Positions 31,521 through 42,358 of a stretch of DNA of 64,000 nucleotides are shown one piece after another (positions within the stretch are counted from its first letter, which is position 1; each line of letters opens with the position of its first letter). Under the pieces are notes generated by a model. That model saw only the letters and a program-made list of their open reading frames with translations. It searched no databases and was not told the origin of the DNA. The DNA is from an uncultured Actinomycetota bacterium (lineage in GTDB: Bacteria > Actinomycetota > Actinomycetes > JAHEKZ01): NCBI GenBank assembly GCA_963743915.1, contig CAVURN010000003.1, forward strand, positions 256,001 through 320,000, in the 5' to 3' direction. Made by a program: the position numbers and the translations under genes.

Positions 31521-31614
31521 CGTTTGACCATGCCTTGACCAATGACCGTCGAGGTGCTGCGTCGGCCGGTGACCTCGTTGGGGAGGTCTCCAGGGGAACG
31601 GCCGCACGGGGCGT

Positions 31615-32562
31615 TCAGTGGACAGTGAGCTGTCGGGCCCGGATCGACTCCCGGGCCCGTCGCTCCTGCCCGTTGAGCGGCTCGGGTGCGGCGAGTGCCG
31701 CGTCCAACCGGCTGCGGAAGGCCGCCGCCGCGTCCTCGATCTCATCGACCTCGGTGCCGGCGGGCAGGTCCCACACCGGGACCACCAGCCCGCTGGCCCG
31801 GAAGGAGCCGAGGAACCGGGTCCGGTCCCCCAGCTCGAGACCCCCCGACACCTGCAGGCGCGCCAACCCGTCGACCAGCTCGCCTTCGTCCTCAGGGAGG
31901 ACCCAGCGGACCTGCCGTCGCTCCCCCAGCTGCATCCAGTAGGCACCCTCGACCGCCGCGAGGCGTGCGGTGGGCGCAGCGACCGCGTTCGCCCGCTCGA
32001 GGCTGCTGCGGGTGGCCTCGTCGGCCGACTCCGGGTCCTCGAGCCAGTAGTCGAAGCCGGAGTGGACGGTGACCCGCAGCGGTGTGGCGGGGTCGACGAG
32101 GTCGGTCAGCGCCGGTGCGTCCGCCGGCAGCGGCCGCGGGGGGACCGGGGTCCCGGCCTCGGCTGCCAGGGCGCGCACCAGCGCATCACCGATGTCCCGC
32201 GACACGTCACCGCTGGAGGTTTGCGTCTGCGCGGCGAGCAGGACCTGGCCGTCCTGACGCACCAGCGCGGGCCACGCCATGGGGAGCAGTGTGCACAGCA
32301 GCACCGGACGGTCGGTGTCCGGCACGGCCAGGGGACTGGTGGCGGCGGGCACGAGGTCGTGCATCGCCACCCAGTCGGCTTCACCGGCGAGACCCGCGAA
32401 CGGTCGGACGACGCGGTGCTGCGTCGCCTGCGCCTTGCCGTGGCAGGCCTTGTACCGCTTGCCGCTGCCACAGGGGCAGGGCTCGCGGCCCCCGACGACG
32501 GGGACATCGCCGTCGGGAGTGGTCACGGGTGCCGATTCGGGGGTGCGACGACGTCTGCTCAC
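31615..32562 (-). CDS. DUF5926 family protein with N-terminal SEC-C motif
   Basis: CPCGSGKRYKACHG, RPFAGL..E.DWVAM, GSFRASGLVVPVWDL, RQLT C-terminus. Confidence 0.85.
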   Translation of the reverse strand: MSRRRRTPESAPVTTPDGDVPVVGGREPCPCGSGKRYKACHGKAQATQHRVVRPFAGLAGEADWVAMHDLVPAATSPLAVPDTDRPVLLCTLLPMAWPALVRQDGQVLLAAQTQTSSGDVSRDIGDALVRALAAEAGTPVPPRPLPADAPALTDLVDPATPLRVTVHSGFDYWLEDPESADEATRSSLERANAVAAPTARLAAVEGAYWMQLGERRQVRWVLPEDEGELVDGLARLQVSGGLELGDRTRFLGSFRASGLVVPVWDLPAGTEVDEIEDAAAAFRSRLDAALAAPEPLNGQERRARESIRARQLTVH

Positions 32563-32596
32563 GCCTGGACACTAGCGAGGCGTGCCCGCGTCTCCT

Positions 32597-33439
32597 TCAG
32601 GCCTCCGTGGCGGTGAACCGGTCCACCTGCCCGCGCACCGCGCGGGGGCGGTTGGTGATGATCGCGTCGACGCCCAGCGCGCAGAGCAGCTCGACATCGG
32701 CCGGCTCGTCCACGGTCCACACGAAGACTCCGCGTCCGGCGTCCTGCACCCGCCGGACGTACCGGGGGTGCTTGCGGATGATCTCGATGCTGGGTCCGGC
32801 AGTGGTCACCCCCTTCGGCAGCGCCCCCGAACGCCACGGAACCGGCACCCGTTCCATCAGCAGGACCAGCGGCAGGCTCGGCGCCAGGCGACGGACCCGG
32901 CGTAGCGCCATCTCCGAGAAGCTCATCACCGTGACACCGCTGCGCAGCCCGCCTTCAGACTCAGGGCCTCCCGTGAGGCCGAACCGGCGCAGCGAGTCGA
33001 CCACGGTGCGCTCGACCAGCCCGGCGTAGCGCGTCGGGTGCTTGGTCTCGACCAGAAGCTGCACCGGACGCGGAGCGTCCACCACCAGCTCGAGCAGCCG
33101 GTCGAGGGTGAGGACGCGCGAGCTGTCGGCGGTCAACTGGTCGGGCAGCTCCGAGCTGTCGTGGCGCTGCTGCCAGCTGGCGAAGTCGAGCGACTCGAGG
33201 TCGGCGAGCTCCAACGTCGAGAGCACACCGGCCCCGTTGGAGGTGCGGTCGACCCGACGGTCGTGCACGCAGACCAGGTGCCCGTCCGCGGTGAGGCGCA
33301 CGTCCGCCTCGAGGCCGTCCGCACCGTCGTCGATCGCCTGCAGGTACGCCGCGAGGGTGTGCTCGGGCACGACTTCGGACGCCCCACGGTGCGCCACCAC
33401 CAGTGGTCGGACGGGACCGGGACCGGCCGGGGGCATCAC
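32597..33439 (-). CDS. glpQ: Glycerophosphodiester phosphodiesterase
   Basis: VAHRGAS, PEHTL, EADV, CVHD, VETKHPTR, WTVD, IITNRP. Confidence 0.9.
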   Translation of the reverse strand: MMPPAGPGPVRPLVVAHRGASEVVPEHTLAAYLQAIDDGADGLEADVRLTADGHLVCVHDRRVDRTSNGAGVLSTLELADLESLDFASWQQRHDSSELPDQLTADSSRVLTLDRLLELVVDAPRPVQLLVETKHPTRYAGLVERTVVDSLRRFGLTGGPESEGGLRSGVTVMSFSEMALRRVRRLAPSLPLVLLMERVPVPWRSGALPKGVTTAGPSIEIIRKHPRYVRRVQDAGRGVFVWTVDEPADVELLCALGVDAIITNRPRAVRGQVDRFTATEA

Positions 33440-33451
33440 CGCTCCATGGTG

Positions 33452-34762
33452 TCAGCGCGCGGGCTCGCGAGGCGGGAACAGCACGCCGGGGTTGAGCAGT
33501 CCTCGTGGGTCGAGCGCATCCTTGACCGTGCGCATCGCGGCCAGCTCGGCGGCGTCGCGACACAGCGGCAGGTAAGCGGGCTTGGTCCGTCCGACTCCGT
33601 GCTCGGAGCTGATGCTGCCGCCGTGGTCCGCGACCACGGCGAACACGGTGCGCTCGAGCCTGTCGTCGAGAGCCGGGGGACCGATCACCTGGATGTGCAG
33701 GTTGCCCTCCGCCAGGTGCCCGAAGGTGAAGGCGCGGTGGGGATGGACCAGTCGAGGCAGATGGTCGACGACGTCATCCAGGTGCTCCAGCGGGAGCGCG
33801 ACGTCCAGAGAGTGCACCACTCCGAGGGTGGCGGCCGCTTCGGGTTGACGCTCGCGGTAGACCCACAGCCGGCGGTCCACCGCTGCGTCCGCGGTGTCCG
33901 GCAACCGAGGTTCGCCGACCGTCTCGATGAGCACGTAGTAGGGCCAGCGGTCCTGCAGCGGATGGGGAAGGTGCGCAACGTCGCACACCAGCTCCATGCC
34001 GGTGGTGTCCATGTACTCGGCCGCCAGCAGGTCGGATCGCTCGCCCGCTCCCGCCACGGTGGCGACGGCGTCCGACAGTGTCGGGACACCCACCAGGCTG
34101 GTGACGCGGTCGCGCGGCAGGGCGTCCTGCAGCTGCAGCTGCACGGACGTGATGAGTGCGAGGGTGCCTTCGCTGCCGACCAGCAGCCGCGAGATGTCGA
34201 AGCCGGCGGAGTCCTTGCCGAGGGCGTCGGTGTGGTTCATGACCGATCCGTCGGCGAACACCGCCTCGACACCACGCACCTGCGCACGGGTGTCGCCGAA
34301 CCGCACCACCCGTACGCCGCCAGCGTTGGTGGCGACGGTTCCGCCGACGGTGGCGGAGTCACGCGACGCCAGGTCGACGCCGTACGTCAGGTCGTGCTGC
34401 GCCGCGAGTGCGTGCAGCTCGGCGATCGTCACGCCGGCACCGACCACGACCTGACGCCGTGCGGCGTCCACCTGATCGTGCTGCGTGAGCCGCCGCGTCG
34501 ACACGATGACCGACTGGGGCTCGACCGGGACCGAACCGCCCACCAGGCCGGTGTTGCCGCCCTGGGTGACCACCGGTGTCTCCGCGGCGGCGCACGCCAC
34601 CACGACACCAGCCACCTCGTCGGTCGACCCGGGGCGGACCACGGCGAGCGGGTCGGCGGACCAACGGCCCGTCCAGTCCCGCGCGTGGGGTCGGACGACG
34701 TCGGGGTCGGTGAGGACGTGCTCGCGTCCGACGATCTCGACGAGCTGCTGCAGCAGGCTCAC
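33452..34762 (-). CDS. FAD-binding oxidoreductase (GlcD/D-2-hydroxyacid dehydrogenase family)
   Basis: QGGNTGLVGG, GGTVATNAGG, GSEGTL, FGHLAEGNLH, SEHGVG, LNPG; leaderless GTG after TAGGGT. Confidence 0.88.
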   Translation of the reverse strand: MSLLQQLVEIVGREHVLTDPDVVRPHARDWTGRWSADPLAVVRPGSTDEVAGVVVACAAAETPVVTQGGNTGLVGGSVPVEPQSVIVSTRRLTQHDQVDAARRQVVVGAGVTIAELHALAAQHDLTYGVDLASRDSATVGGTVATNAGGVRVVRFGDTRAQVRGVEAVFADGSVMNHTDALGKDSAGFDISRLLVGSEGTLALITSVQLQLQDALPRDRVTSLVGVPTLSDAVATVAGAGERSDLLAAEYMDTTGMELVCDVAHLPHPLQDRWPYYVLIETVGEPRLPDTADAAVDRRLWVYRERQPEAAATLGVVHSLDVALPLEHLDDVVDHLPRLVHPHRAFTFGHLAEGNLHIQVIGPPALDDRLERTVFAVVADHGGSISSEHGVGRTKPAYLPLCRDAAELAAMRTVKDALDPRGLLNPGVLFPPREPAR

Positions 34763-34789
34763 GGTCGGCACCCTAACGTCGCTGCGCCG

Positions 34790-35653
34790 CTACTTGAGCA
34801 GACGGGAAAGGCGTCGGTCGGCCAGAGGCTTACCGCCCGTCTGGCAGGTCGCGCAGTACTGCAGCGACGAGTCGGCGAACGACACCTCTCGCACCACGTC
34901 ACCGCACTCCGGGCACAGCTCGCCGGTACGTCCGTGGACGCGCATGGCCGCGCGCTTGTCGTCCTTCAGCTCGGACGCCGGGAGCCCCGACGAGCGCTGC
35001 ACCGCGTCCCGCAGCGTGCTGCCGATCGCCCGATGCAGCCGGTCGCGCGCGTCGGCGTCCAGCCGCCCGGCGAGGGCGAACGGCGACAGGTGCGCGACGT
35101 GCAGGATCTCGTCGCTGTAGGCGTTGCCGATGCCGGCGACGACGGACTGGTCGCGCAGCAGTCCCTTGATCTGCGTACGCGCATGCGCGTCGAGGACGGC
35201 GTCGAGGGCGTCGCGGTCGAATGCCTCGGCCAGCGGGTCGGGACCGAGGCGTGCGACACCAGGGACCTCGGACGGATCGCGGACGACGTAGACGGCGAGC
35301 TTCTTGCGGGTCCCCGCCTCGGTGAGGTCGAAGCCGGATCCGTCGTCCAGGTGCACCCGCAACGCGATGGGGCTCTTTCCGGGCTTCAGCGGCGCCGGGG
35401 GCAGCTCCTCACGCCAGCGCAGCCAGCCGGCCCGGGCCAGGTGGACGAGGAGGTGCAGCCCGTCCACGTCGAGGTCGAGGAACTTGCCGTGGCGCTCCAC
35501 GGCGGTGATCGAGAGTCCGCCCAGAGAGGTCACCGGAGGGTCGTACGTCTTCAGGACCGCGATGCTCGCGACGTCGACCCGCGCCACCACGCGTCCGACC
35601 AGGCGCTCGCGCAGGAACCCGGCGAGCGCCTCGACCTCAGGCAGCTCCGGCAT
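34790..35653 (-). CDS. Fpg/Nei family DNA glycosylase
   Basis: MPELPEVE, RHGKFL, AGIGNAYSDEIL, C-terminal CPEC...CATCQ zinc finger. Confidence 0.93.
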   Translation of the reverse strand: MPELPEVEALAGFLRERLVGRVVARVDVASIAVLKTYDPPVTSLGGLSITAVERHGKFLDLDVDGLHLLVHLARAGWLRWREELPPAPLKPGKSPIALRVHLDDGSGFDLTEAGTRKKLAVYVVRDPSEVPGVARLGPDPLAEAFDRDALDAVLDAHARTQIKGLLRDQSVVAGIGNAYSDEILHVAHLSPFALAGRLDADARDRLHRAIGSTLRDAVQRSSGLPASELKDDKRAAMRVHGRTGELCPECGDVVREVSFADSSLQYCATCQTGGKPLADRRLSRLLK

Positions 35654-35680
35654 GGGGTCATTCTGGTCCTAGCGGGCGTG

Positions 35681-35739
35681 ATGGGTGCGGCGAGCCCTTC
35701 GATCTACGGGAGCGGTGTCACAGGGCACCCCAACGGGGG
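35681..35739 (-). repeat. Intergenic repeat family A, copy 3
   Basis: ATGGGTGCGGCGAGCCCTTCGATCTACGGGAGCGGTGTCACAGGGCACCCC on the + strand. Confidence 0.8.
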
Positions 35740-35796
35740 AGGGGTGGGACGTTTGGCCCTGAGGGGCCTACCTACGGTACCGTAGGTTGCTAGATC

Positions 35797-37275
35797 ATGA
35801 GACGCACCGACCTCACGCCCGACGAGCGGGCCCGGCTGCTGCCCCCGGTCATCCAGGGCGGCATGGGCGTCGGCGTCTCCAGCTGGCGGCTCGCCCGCAC
35901 GGTCGCCCAGCACGGCGGCCTCGGCGTCATCAGCGGTGTCGCGTCCGACCTGCTGGTCGCGCGGTGGCTGCAGGACGGCGACCCCGACGGTCATGTCCGG
36001 GCTGCCATGGCGCAGTACCCCGACCAGCAGTTCGTCGCCGCCACGCTCAAGCGCTTCTACCGTCCCGAGGGCCGAGCTCCTGGCGCGCCCTACCGCCCGC
36101 TCCCCAGACTCGACCACCACCAACGGCTGGACGCGGTGCGGCTCGCCACGCTGGGCACCTTCGTGCAGGTCCGGATGGCCAAGGAGGGTCACGACGGACC
36201 GATCGGCATCAACCTGCTCGAGAAGATCCAGCTCTGGACGCCGGCGACGCTCTTCGGCGCGATGCTCGCCGGACGTCGACGTCGTGCTGGTCGGCGCCGG
36301 ACTGCCCACGCACATCCCGCGGCTGCTCGACGGATTCGCCGCGGGGCAGCCGGTGCAGCTGCCGATCGACGTCGTCGGCTCAGACGCCGCCGACGAGCTG
36401 GTGATCTCGCTCGACCCGAGCACCGTCGTGCCCGAAGCTCCGCGCGTCCTCGATCGGCCGGTCTTCCTGGCGATCATCTCCTCGCACATCCTCGCGGCCT
36501 ACCTGGCCCGCGATGACGCCACCAGGCCCGACGGATTCGTCATCGAGGGACCGACCGCCGGCGGCCACAACGCTCCACCCACGTCGCATGGAGCTCGACG
36601 AGGCCGGCGAACCGATCTACGGACCGCGTGACGTGGTCGACCTCGACAAGGTCGCGAAGGTCGGGCTTCCCTACTGGCTCGCCGGTGGTCAGGCGACGCC
36701 CGCGCACGTCGCAGCAGCTCGGGCCGCAGGGTGCGCACGGCGTCCAGGTCGGCACCGTCTTCGCACTCAGCGACGAGTCCGGGCTCACCCCGCCGCTTCG
36801 ACAGGCGCTGCTGCGCAGCCTCGCGGACGGTACCGCGGACGTGCGCACCGACCCGCGCGCCAGCCCCACCGGCTTCCCGTTCAAGGTGGTGCAGCATGGA
36901 CGGCACGGTCGCCCGACCCGAGGTCGTCGAGGCCCGCGGGCGCATCTGCGACCTCGGCTACCTGCGGGTCGCCCTACAAGCGTCGCCGACGGCACGATCG
37001 GACAGCGTTGTCCGTCGGAGCCCGTCGACGTCTACGTGCGCAAGGGCGGCGACATCGACGACACCGTTGACCGCAAGTGTCTGTGCAACGGCCTCACCGC
37101 ATCGGCCGGGGTGCCACAGATCCGCGGAGACGGGTCGGTCGAGCCTCCGCTGCTGACGCTCGGGCACGACCTCGCGGCCGTGCACGAGCTGCTCGAGCTC
37201 CACCCGCACGGCTGGGCAGCAGCGGACGTGATGCAATGGCTGCTGTCTGAGGTCCGCGCGCCCGCGGCCGTCTGA
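35797..37275 (+). CDS. Nitronate monooxygenase/FabK-like flavoprotein, frameshifted
   Basis: VIQGGMGVGVS, GINLLEK, VGAG.P, IEGPTAGGHN, GVQVGT.FA...ES, SPTGFPFK, CLCNGL across several frames. Confidence 0.85.
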
Positions 37276-37290
37276 GCCCGGGAGGTTCAC

Positions 37291-37802
37291 ATGTCCTCGT
37301 CCCCCTGGCTGCCGGACGACTGGCAGCACCCGCATCGCGTCGACCTGCGGGACCGGACACCACCTGCGACCCATCCGCGCGACGGACGTCGACCTCGACA
37401 TGCCCGCCGTCATGGGTTCTCAGGAACGGCTGTGGTCGATCTACGGACAGGCCTGGGGCTGGCCGCCCGCCTCCATGACCGCCGAGGAGGACCGCGTCGA
37501 CCTCGCCCGGCACGAGGCCGAGATCGAGGCGCACGAGTCCTTCAACTACGCGCTGTTCGACGCAGAGGAGACGCAGCTCCTCGGCTGCGTCTACATCGAC
37601 CCTCCCGAGAAGGTCGGCGCCGACGCCGAGATCTCGTGGTGGGTCGTCGACCCACTGGTCGGCACTCCGGTCGAGGCGGCGCTGGACGAGCTCGTCCCGC
37701 GGTGGATCGCCCAGTGACTGGCCGCTGACCCGACCCCGCTACGTGGGACGCGACCTCAGCTGGCAGGAGTGGCTCGACCTCCCGGACCTCGACTCCGCCT
37801 AA
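37291..37802 (+). CDS. GNAT/RimL-like N-acetyltransferase, frameshifted
   Basis: GGAGG RBS; D..LDMPAVMGS, WPPASMT.EED..DL..H, FNYAL, LGCVYIDP, ISWWVV. Confidence 0.7.
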
Positions 37803-39037
37803 GCCGGCGTGTGCACGAGCCCGAGGGCCTGCGCCTCCTCGAACAGCTCGTCCCGCACGTCCGGGTGCGCCGCCTGGTCGATGAGGTTGAGCGCTTGCTC
37901 CTCCTGCGACTGCCCCCAGATGGGGGCCACCCCGTTCTCGGTGACGACCGCGCTGTGCTGGAAGGACGTCACCGGCTCGTCGACGAGGGGCACGATCGTC
38001 GAGCAGTCTGCCTTCGGGTGCCACGACCGCATCGCGACGAGCGCCTGTCCACCGCGAGAGTGCAGCGCCCCCACCACGAAGTCGGTCTGCCCGCCGAAGC
38101 CGGAGTAGATCCGGTTGTTGATCCGAGAGGCGTTCGCCTGCCCGAACAGGTCGACCTGCAGCGCGGCGTTGACCGACACCATCAGCGGCCGGGCGGAGAT
38201 CGTGGCCGGGTTGTTGGTCGTCTCGGTGCGCAGGAGCCGCAGCGACTGGTTGCGGTCGACCCACGCGTACAGCTCCTGCGAGCCGAAGATGAAGGACGCG
38301 ACCACCGGCTCCGTCGTGTCGAGCGCACCCTTCTCGTGCAGCGCCAGGACGCCGTCACTGACCATCTCCGACCAGATCTTCAGGCCGCGCCGGTCGGAGA
38401 CTCCGAGCAGGGACGCGTCCGGCACCGCGCCGATCCCGAGCTGCAGGGTGGCTCCGTCCGGAACGAGCTCGGCCACCCGCGAGCCGATCTCACGCGACAC
38501 GTCATCGATCACCAGCGGTGCGAGGTCGGCAAGCGGCTCGTCGCCCTCGACGAGCAGGTCGAAGCTGTCGACCTCGTACTCACCGTCCCCGAAGGTGTAG
38601 GGCATGTGCCGGTTCACCTGGCCGATGACCAGCCCACCGGCCGAGCGGCACTCCTCGATGGCGGCCGGCAGGACGTTGACCTCCAGACCGAGCGAGACCC
38701 GCCCGTCGACGACGCGCGAGGTGTGGACCATGACGACGTCGGTCTGCAGGGTCTTGCGGAAGAGCACCGGAACCAGCGAGAGGCGGGACGGCAGGTAGCG
38801 CAGGCGCGGGCTCCTGCGCATGCCCGGGCCCACGAAGCAGGTCTCGAGGGTGACGCCCTCGCGGTCGGGCAGTCCGCCCTGGGCGTTCAGTGCCCAGAGC
38901 CGGTAACGCGGCACCTCCGCATCGACTGCGGCGACAAGCATCCGGGGTGTCGCGTGGTTGCCACTGACCACGATGCGCGGCTCGTCGCGGAGTGCTGCCA
39001 CCGCACGCGCCGCATCGGCGGCAGTCACCCACTTCAC
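37799..39037 (-). CDS. Acetyl-CoA hydrolase/transferase family (4-hydroxybutyrate CoA-transferase-like)
   Basis: LQLGIGAVP, WSEMVSDG, NAALQVDLFGQ, SGFGGQTDF, VVTENG. Confidence 0.88.
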   Translation of the reverse strand: MKWVTAADAARAVAALRDEPRIVVSGNHATPRMLVAAVDAEVPRYRLWALNAQGGLPDREGVTLETCFVGPGMRRSPRLRYLPSRLSLVPVLFRKTLQTDVVMVHTSRVVDGRVSLGLEVNVLPAAIEECRSAGGLVIGQVNRHMPYTFGDGEYEVDSFDLLVEGDEPLADLAPLVIDDVSREIGSRVAELVPDGATLQLGIGAVPDASLLGVSDRRGLKIWSEMVSDGVLALHEKGALDTTEPVVASFIFGSQELYAWVDRNQSLRLLRTETTNNPATISARPLMVSVNAALQVDLFGQANASRINNRIYSGFGGQTDFVVGALHSRGGQALVAMRSWHPKADCSTIVPLVDEPVTSFQHSAVVTENGVAPIWGQSQEEQALNLIDQAAHPDVRDELFEEAQALGLVHTPA

Positions 39038-39182
39038 GTGCTCACCCTAGGCACTGCCGCCGGACTTCACCCACATGGCCGAACACCTGGGCCCCGGGAG
39101 CGCCGAAGACATGGGTGAACGGCGCAGCCGGTGCCACGCGAGGGGGTGGCACCGACCGCGCCGTTCGTGTGTCAGGTGCCCC

Positions 39183-40012
39183 TCAGACGAATCCGGGATG
39201 GGGCAGCACGCGCGTCGCGTCCCAGAGGTCGGGCTCACTCGCGCAGTAGACGTCGAGGTCGACGACTCGCCAGCCGAGGTCGAGCAGCAAGGGAAGCACA
39301 GGATTCTCCCCGGGCACCGAGACGAGCAGGTCCGCACCGCAGAAGGGTTTGAGCGCCGTCACTGCATCGGGCAGGCAGGACGCGTCGACCGCCGACAGGT
39401 GTGTGAGCGTGTGGCGTGCGCGTGTGCGCGTGACGCATCCGGCCGCCACCGGCTCGCTCACCGTCGCTGACGACCAGGGAACGCGAGCCCTCGTGGGCGG
39501 ACCAGTAGGCGTACTCCACCGAGCGGTCCCATCCGATCCAGTCCTGCTCCAGTGCGGCGAGCTCGGCGGCGTCCGCGTCCCGTACGACGAACGGGGACGA
39601 AGGCCAGCCTCGGGGTCACCCCGCAGGTAGAGCAGCGGCCAGCGCGGGGTCATGCCGGCAACGGACGTACAGCGGGAGCGCGGAGGGGTGCAGCGATGAG
39701 AACGTCTGGCGGGGTGCTGTCCTGGTCGAAGTCCCATGCGGCCTCGAGGAGCGCGGCGCCGATCCCCTGCCCGTGGGCGTCGGGGTGGACGAAGAGGTCA
39801 GCGAGGTGCGTGGCGCCCCCGGCGTCGATCACGCCGGAGTAGCCGAGCACGATGCCGCCCGCCTCCGCGATGACGAGGCGTCCGGCGCTGACGAGGTGCT
39901 CGTAGTACGCGTCGTCGACGTCCGCGCCCTCGTCAGGGGGGTCGACCACACCGGCGACATCGAGCACCGCGGGGAGGTCGTCGGGACCGGCGTCGCGCAC
40001 CTCGATCAGCAC
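39183..40012 (-). CDS. GNAT family acetyltransferase (two-domain), frameshifted
   Basis: LADLFVHPDAHGQGIGAALL motif A; continues in other frames to ...VLPHPGFV*. Confidence 0.7.
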
Positions 40013-40039
40013 ACCTCAGCCTAAGCCGGATGCGGCGGG

Positions 40040-40660
40040 TCAGAAGGTGAGGCCGGCCACCATCATCGTCGCCACGACCACGCCGAGTCCCGTCCAGATG
40101 AGCAGGTCGGTGCCGCCACGCACCAGCCAGCCGGCTCCGTCGAGGAACCGGTTGCCGGACAGGTACCCCAGGCGCCAGCCGATGCGCCACCAGGCCACGT
40201 TCATCAGCAGCACCATCGTCCCGATCACCAGGCAGTACAGGCAGACCTGACCGATGACGAAGGCGGTCTGGGCGAGGAACCACACCGTGAAGGCCGCCAT
40301 GAACCCGGCGAAGAAGGTGGCAACACCCCAGGTGACCTTCGACAGCGCCGAGCCGAGCAGCCCGGCGCCCGCCACCCCGAGCGTCAGCGCGAAGACCGAC
40401 AGTCCGATGGCGGAGTTCGGGATCGGCCCGAACACGCTGGACTGCCACGAGGTCAGCACGCTGCCGCACGAGAACGTCCCGTTGATGTCGCACAGCAGGT
40501 TGGCGTCGGCGTTCTCCGCGAGCGCGATCCGCTCGACGAGCTGCGTGATCGTGGAGGCCATACCGATGACCGCGGCCACCACCACGAGGACGTACCACCC
40601 ACGTGGCGGGCGCACGGAACCCGCGGTGGGGGTCGCAGGGGAGTCCATGAGCTGTGTCAT
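40040..40660 (-). CDS. Vitamin K epoxide reductase (VKOR) family protein
   Basis: CDINGTFSC, FGPIPNS, CLYC redox motif, TM helices. Confidence 0.88.
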   Translation of the reverse strand: MTQLMDSPATPTAGSVRPPRGWYVLVVVAAVIGMASTITQLVERIALAENADANLLCDINGTFSCGSVLTSWQSSVFGPIPNSAIGLSVFALTLGVAGAGLLGSALSKVTWGVATFFAGFMAAFTVWFLAQTAFVIGQVCLYCLVIGTMVLLMNVAWWRIGWRLGYLSGNRFLDGAGWLVRGGTDLLIWTGLGVVVATMMVAGLTF

Positions 40661-40733
40661 ACCTCGATGATCGGGCGCTCACCGCTCACGGAACACGGAC
40701 CAACGTCCCGGAACGACGACTCATCCGTTCGCG

Positions 40734-41225
40734 CTACTGGCGTGGCTCCGTCTCGATGCCCCCGACCTCGCGCACCAGAGTGACCAGGTTGGCGACCACG
40801 GCGATGGCGGAGCCGATCATTCCGATCCACAGCATCACGGTGACGAGCATGGCCCAGTCGAAGCTGTAGGCGCTGAAGTCGAACGGGAACACCACGAGCA
40901 CGAGCAGGATCACCGCGAACGACACCACGGCGGTGAACGCGTCCCCGAGCGCCTTCAGCCAGCGGGGATCCGCGATGAGGTAGACCGCGTTGACCACCGC
41001 ACTGATGACGAGCGAGGCGTTCAGCAGTGGCAGGACGTCGTTCGTCGCGTCGGTGAGGAAGGGCACCTCCTGCCAGCCGGGCCACTCGTTGATGAAGAAG
41101 ATCATGAGGACGTTGAGGGTGATGCCCAGCGCGTAGCCGAACCGACGGCTGGCGACCGAAGGGCGCTGCCGTCGTGCGGGACGCTCGGGGGTCGTGACCA
41201 CAGGGGAGACCACTGGGGTGGTCAT
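40734..41225 (-). CDS. Hypothetical membrane protein (about 4 TM)
   Basis: GGAGG RBS, hydrophobic ORF directly after aguA. Confidence 0.7.
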   Translation of the reverse strand: MTTPVVSPVVTTPERPARRQRPSVASRRFGYALGITLNVLMIFFINEWPGWQEVPFLTDATNDVLPLLNASLVISAVVNAVYLIADPRWLKALGDAFTAVVSFAVILLVLVVFPFDFSAYSFDWAMLVTVMLWIGMIGSAIAVVANLVTLVREVGGIETEPRQ

Positions 41226-41241
41226 GGTGTCGCCTCCCGTT

Positions 41242-42348
41242 CTACAGGGTGGAGGAACCGGCGGGCTGCTGCTGGGTGATGCAGTGCACGTTGCCGCCGC
41301 CGAGCAGGATCTCCCGGCCGGGCACGGTGACGATCCGGTGGTCGGGGAAGAGCTGCTCGTAGGTCTTGAGTGCGGCGTCGTCATGCGGGTCGTCGAAGAC
41401 GGGCAGCACGATGAGGCCGTTGGCGTAGTAGGAGTTCACGTACGAGCCGGCGAGGCGCTCGCCCTCGACGCGCGGCATCACGCCGGGCACCTGGTCCACG
41501 CCTTCCGCTTCTTCCGCGGTGATGAGAATCGGACCCGGTTGGTGCACCAGGGTGATCTCGAGCGCTCGCTCTTGGGCATCCCTGGCCGCCTTGAGGATCT
41601 GCAGTGCCTCGTGGCTGATGGCGTACTGCGGGTCCGACTCGTCGTCGGTCCAGGTCAGCATCACGTGACCGGGCCGCACGAACCGGCAGAAGTTGTCGAC
41701 GTGGCCACTCGTCTCGTCGAGGTAGACACCTCGCGGGAGCCAGAGCACGACGTCGACGCCGAGGTACTCCCTCAGGTGCCACTCGATCTGTTCGCGGGTC
41801 AGCTGCGGGTTGCGGTTGCCGTGGATCAGGCACTCCTCGGTGGTGAGCACCGTTCCCTCACCGTCGACGTCGATCGACCCGCCTTCCATCACGAAGTCGG
41901 GTGCGTAGCCCTGGACGCGCTCGAGGTCGAGGACCTTGCCGCCGACGAGGTCGTCGGCGTCCCAGGGGAAGTAGAGCCCCTTCTCGAAGCCCCCCCAGGC
42001 ATTGAACTTCCAGTCGACACCGCGGACCTGACGTTCCTCGTTGATGAGGAACGTCGGTCCGCAGTCACGGATCCACGCGTCGTTGGTGGACATCTCCACG
42101 AGCCTCACGGCGTCGGAGAGCCGTTGGCGGGCGTTGACGTACTGCCCCGCCGACACGCACACCGTGACGGGTTCGACCTCGGCGATCGCCTCGGCGACCC
42201 GGGTGAACGCCATCTGGGCCGGCTTGCCGCCGTTGCGCCAGTTGTCGCTGCGCTCCGGCCAGATGAGCCAGGTACCACGGTGCGGGTGCCACTCGGCCGG
42301 CATCCAGTAGCCGTCCTGGCGCGGGGTGGTGCTGAGCGGGGCAGACAT
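41242..42348 (-). CDS. aguA: Agmatine deiminase
   Basis: [59 protein letters not shown]. Confidence 0.95.
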   Translation of the reverse strand: MSAPLSTTPRQDGYWMPAEWHPHRGTWLIWPERSDNWRNGGKPAQMAFTRVAEAIAEVEPVTVCVSAGQYVNARQRLSDAVRLVEMSTNDAWIRDCGPTFLINEERQVRGVDWKFNAWGGFEKGLYFPWDADDLVGGKVLDLERVQGYAPDFVMEGGSIDVDGEGTVLTTEECLIHGNRNPQLTREQIEWHLREYLGVDVVLWLPRGVYLDETSGHVDNFCRFVRPGHVMLTWTDDESDPQYAISHEALQILKAARDAQERALEITLVHQPGPILITAEEAEGVDQVPGVMPRVEGERLAGSYVNSYYANGLIVLPVFDDPHDDAALKTYEQLFPDHRIVTVPGREILLGGGNVHCITQQQPAGSSTL

Positions 42349-42358
42349 CGTTCTCTCC

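Noticed and set aside
27160-35785. Very long antisense ORFs (e.g. 27160-30192 +, 33038-35785 +) and similar shadows across the window
   Set aside because: They mirror real genes on the other strand, as expected from stop-codon scarcity at high GC, and carry no recognisable motifs.
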